Assembly (NCBI GenBank): GCA_002269645.1
Contig: NIVC01000861.1
Span: forward strand, 62,001-126,000
Direction of reading: 5' to 3'
Source: Macrostomum lignano
Taxonomy: Eukaryota
DNA length: 64,000 nucleotides
Below the pieces are notes generated by a model that saw nothing but the letters and a program-made list of their open reading frames with translations, ran no database searches and was not told the origin of the DNA. This document shows, piece after piece, positions 60,895-64,000 of the stretch. Numbering within the stretch: position 1 is the first letter of the stretch; every line of letters starts with the position of its first letter. The translations under genes were made by a program, and so were the position numbers.

Positions 60895-63539
60895 ATGCAG
60901 CTGCAGTTAGTGCTGCTGCTAACTGCTTTACCAATTGGCTCATCAGAGAATGATGCTACTGCTGCAGTCAATCCGTATCGCTGGTGGCTGGTTGGCAACT
61001 GCACAGATCTTGGCGTGGAGGAAAGCGAGCGGTACTGGTTCGATACGTGCTGGATAGTGAGCTCAGTTATCCAGGTTAGTTTCTATTCAAACGTTGTGGA
61101 TGTATGTAGTAGTGTACATGCCGGATGCTTTAGCACCAAGGACGCCAGCACCGGAAAAAGGACTCCAAGCCCTTCTTTGCTCTCATGCTTCGCCCCAGGT
61201 GAAGTGTCATAATCACCTCATCGAGGCAATCACCGTGATCGAGAGGGGAAACTAGTGAAGTTTCTGAGATGAAGTAAATAAACATGTGTACAAACGTGTA
61301 CAAACTTAAGTAGAAGGACGTTACACTCAGCTTTCGTGGAAATTTTTAGACGGCCGATTTTCACCGTAAAATGCATTGGCGAGATAGGAAATTTTCACGT
61401 TTTTCATCCTAAATTAACTGCTGTGCTTGATTGCGGCCTTGCTTTAAAAAATACCGTCAATATGTGAATACAAATATCATATTGTATTACTTTTTATTTC
61501 GACTGGGTCCATGCCATTTGTATTTAGGCTCTTTTTATGACTTTTTCTTCAGTAAAAATTAATGAGAAAATTTTACTCTTTTTGTAATGATAGACAAAGA
61601 GAAGGTAGCCACCAAAACAGTTTTTTCTTTCACTAATATACTTAAAATAAAAACAATAAATCAGATAGCGTGCTTCAATTATAAATTTAGCTTTTATAAA
61701 TAATTTTGATTTTTATATGTAGAGATAAGGTACATGTACTTTACTGTACTTTGCTTCCGCCCTCGTACCGATACAACCGTAAATGTAGCATTATTTTAAA
61801 GAGGAATAAATTCTGAACAAATCAGCGAAAGAACTAGCCCCCTACATGCAATACTTAAAAAGTTACAGCACTTTAAACAATCGGCCACCAAAAAATTTAC
61901 ACGATAACTGGAGTGTAACGTCCTTCTACTTGAGAAGTCCTTGGTCTCTAAACCTCCAAGGATTTTTCAGTTATATTCCTTTTGATTGGCGATTCACTTA
62001 AACAGGCTTGTCTGCTTCTACTTGGCCTGAGCAACAATGCGCTCAACATAATCTGTTTCCTTAGCGACAAGGCTCGGCCGGTGCAGAATGAACTACTGAT
62101 CAGCTTGTCTGCCTGCGACTGGCTGATTGTGCTCATCATGAGCACGGACTCGGTGTGCCATATAGTGGCCAATGTTGATGGCGTGCCAATGGTAGGCTGG
62201 TTATACCATTGGGGTTGGAGAAACTGGTATCAGTTTGGTGGGGAAATCGGTTGTCAGCGGGTTAGGGAAATCGGTGTCAGTAGGGTGGGGAAATCGGTGT
62301 CAGTGGATTAGGGAGATCGGTGTCAGTGGATTAGGGAAATCGGTGTCAGTGGATTAGGGAGATCGGTGTCAGTGGATTAGGGAAATCGGTGTCAGTAGGG
62401 TGGGGAAATCGGTGTCAGTAGGGTGGGGAAATCGGTGTCAGTGGATTAGGGAAATCGGTGTCAGTGGATTAGGGAAATCGGTGTCAGTGGATTAGGGAAA
62501 TCGGTGTCAGTAGGGTGGGGAAATCGGTGTCAGTGGATTAGGGAAATCGGTGTCAGTGGATTAGGGAAATCGGTGTCAGTGGATTAGGGAAATCGGTGTC
62601 AGTGGATTAGGGAAATCGGTGTCAGTGGATTAGGGAAATCGGTGTCAGTAGGGTGGGGAAATCGGTGTCAGTAGGGTGGGGAAATCGGTGTCAGTGGATT
62701 AGGGAAATCGGTGTCAGTAGGGTGGGGAAATCGGTGTCAGTGGATTAGGGAAATCGGTGTCAGTGGATTAGGGAAATCGGTGTCAGTGGATTAGGGAAAT
62801 CGGTGTCAGTGGATTAGGGAAATCGGTGTCAGTAGGGTGGGGAAATCGGTGTCAGTAGGGTGGGGAAATCGGTGTCAGTGGATTAGGGAAATCGGTGTCA
62901 GTAGGGTGGGGAAATCGGTGTCAGTGGATTAGGGAAATCGGTGTCAGTGGATTAGGGAAATCGGTGTCAGTGGATTAGGGAAATCGGTGTCAGTAGGGTG
63001 GGGAAATCGGTGTCAGTAGGGTGGGGAAATCGGTGTCAGTGGATTAGGGAGATCGGTGTCAGTGGATTAGGGAAATCGGTGTCAGTGGATTAGGGAAATC
63101 GGTGTCAGTGGATTAGGGAAATCGGTGTCAGTGGATTAGGGAAATTGGTGTCAGTAGGGTGGGGAAATCGGTGTCAGTAGGGTGGGGAAAGCCCATGTAC
63201 ACAAGTACAACCTGTTTGTGTGACTAAGTAGTCACGTGACACTCCAGTCAGTTGAAACACAGCCTCCTCATTGCACTGCAGGCCGTACACTGGAGCTGCG
63301 TGTACTTGCACCCGTTCCCTATCACGGGCCTGCAGTTTGCTCTGCTCACAGTTCACGGCTGGACCACCGTAGCCCTGACTTTCGTGCGTTTCATTGCTGT
63401 CCGATTTCCGTTGAAGTCTCGAGCTTGGCTGACAAGGCGCAGAATGAGAATGGCGGCGGGTTGCGTCTGGGTGGCTGGACTGGCTGCTGGCTTGCCCAGA
63501 CTGACTGACACCTTTGCAGTGGTCTGCAGTGATCGACAG
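60895..63539 (+). CDS. Class A orphan peptide-type GPCR, 5' part (N-terminus to TM4); exons about 60895-61074, 62006-62191, 63282-63539; continues beyond the window
   Basis: Phase-0 GT-AG junctions. TM1 LGLSNNALNIICF, TM2 LLISLSACDWL, ECL1 Cys, TM3 end LTFVRFIAVRFPLK (DRY-like), TM4 W..G...GLP. Start could be 60793 or 60895; the latter gives a signal-peptide-like stretch. Confidence 0.8.
62240..63190. repeat. 23-bp minisatellite with two interspersed variants (GGAAATCGGTGTCAG-TGGATTAG or -TAGGGTGG), GPCR intron 2
   Basis: Direct reading. Confidence 0.97.
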
Positions 63540-63731
63540 GTGCGAGTCAGGAGTCAGGACATTCTTTACTTTTTAGATGATGACTCCTTACTGAGTACAC
63601 AACCGGCAATTGAATTTTAGGGCTCTTTTCTGGTGGGTCGAAGTCAGTACCCTTTGTACAGCACTGTGCACTCCTGGGTACTCCAGTTAGCACTGCCTGT
63701 TGGCCTCTGCGTACTATTTAATGTGCAGGTA

Positions 63732-64000
<269 letters not shown>

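Overview
Eukaryotic genomic DNA with GT-AG introns, GC-rich exons and very AT-rich spacers. The combination of minisatellite-filled introns, closely spaced same-strand genes and ATG-less first exons suggests a free-living flatworm such as Macrostomum (inference only). I reconstructed eight genes by splice-phase bookkeeping: a 3-exon orphan peptide-type GPCR (+), a 5-exon GALNT10-like glycosyltransferase (+), a 2-exon GLTP-family gene (+), AP5M1 (-), an 8-exon PIGG (-), an intronless RPL30 (+), a 2-exon VPS29 (+) and the 5' part of a second GPCR (+). A secreted-protein ORF (-) is split by an in-frame TAA-TGA pair. The window also holds a tRNA-Pro(CGG), a decayed Ty3/Gypsy element with both LTRs, two LINE fragments, several TIR elements with 8-bp TSDs, and more than 25 distinct tandem arrays. 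The main leads are: (1) PIGG-AP5M1 and RPL30-VPS29 look like operons, and AP5M1 has no ATG of its own, fitting start-codon donation by the AUG-ending flatworm spliced leader; (2) almost every intron carries its own private minisatellite, some being arrays of sense-strand 5' splice-site motifs and one pair being inverted around the catalytic PIGG exon; (3) a minisatellite is seen both unexpanded and expanded in two copies of one MITE family; (4) the Gypsy element sits 93 bp upstream of the tRNA gene. Most long low-complexity ORFs in the supplied track are repeat artefacts. No database searches were run, so family assignments rest on remembered motifs.
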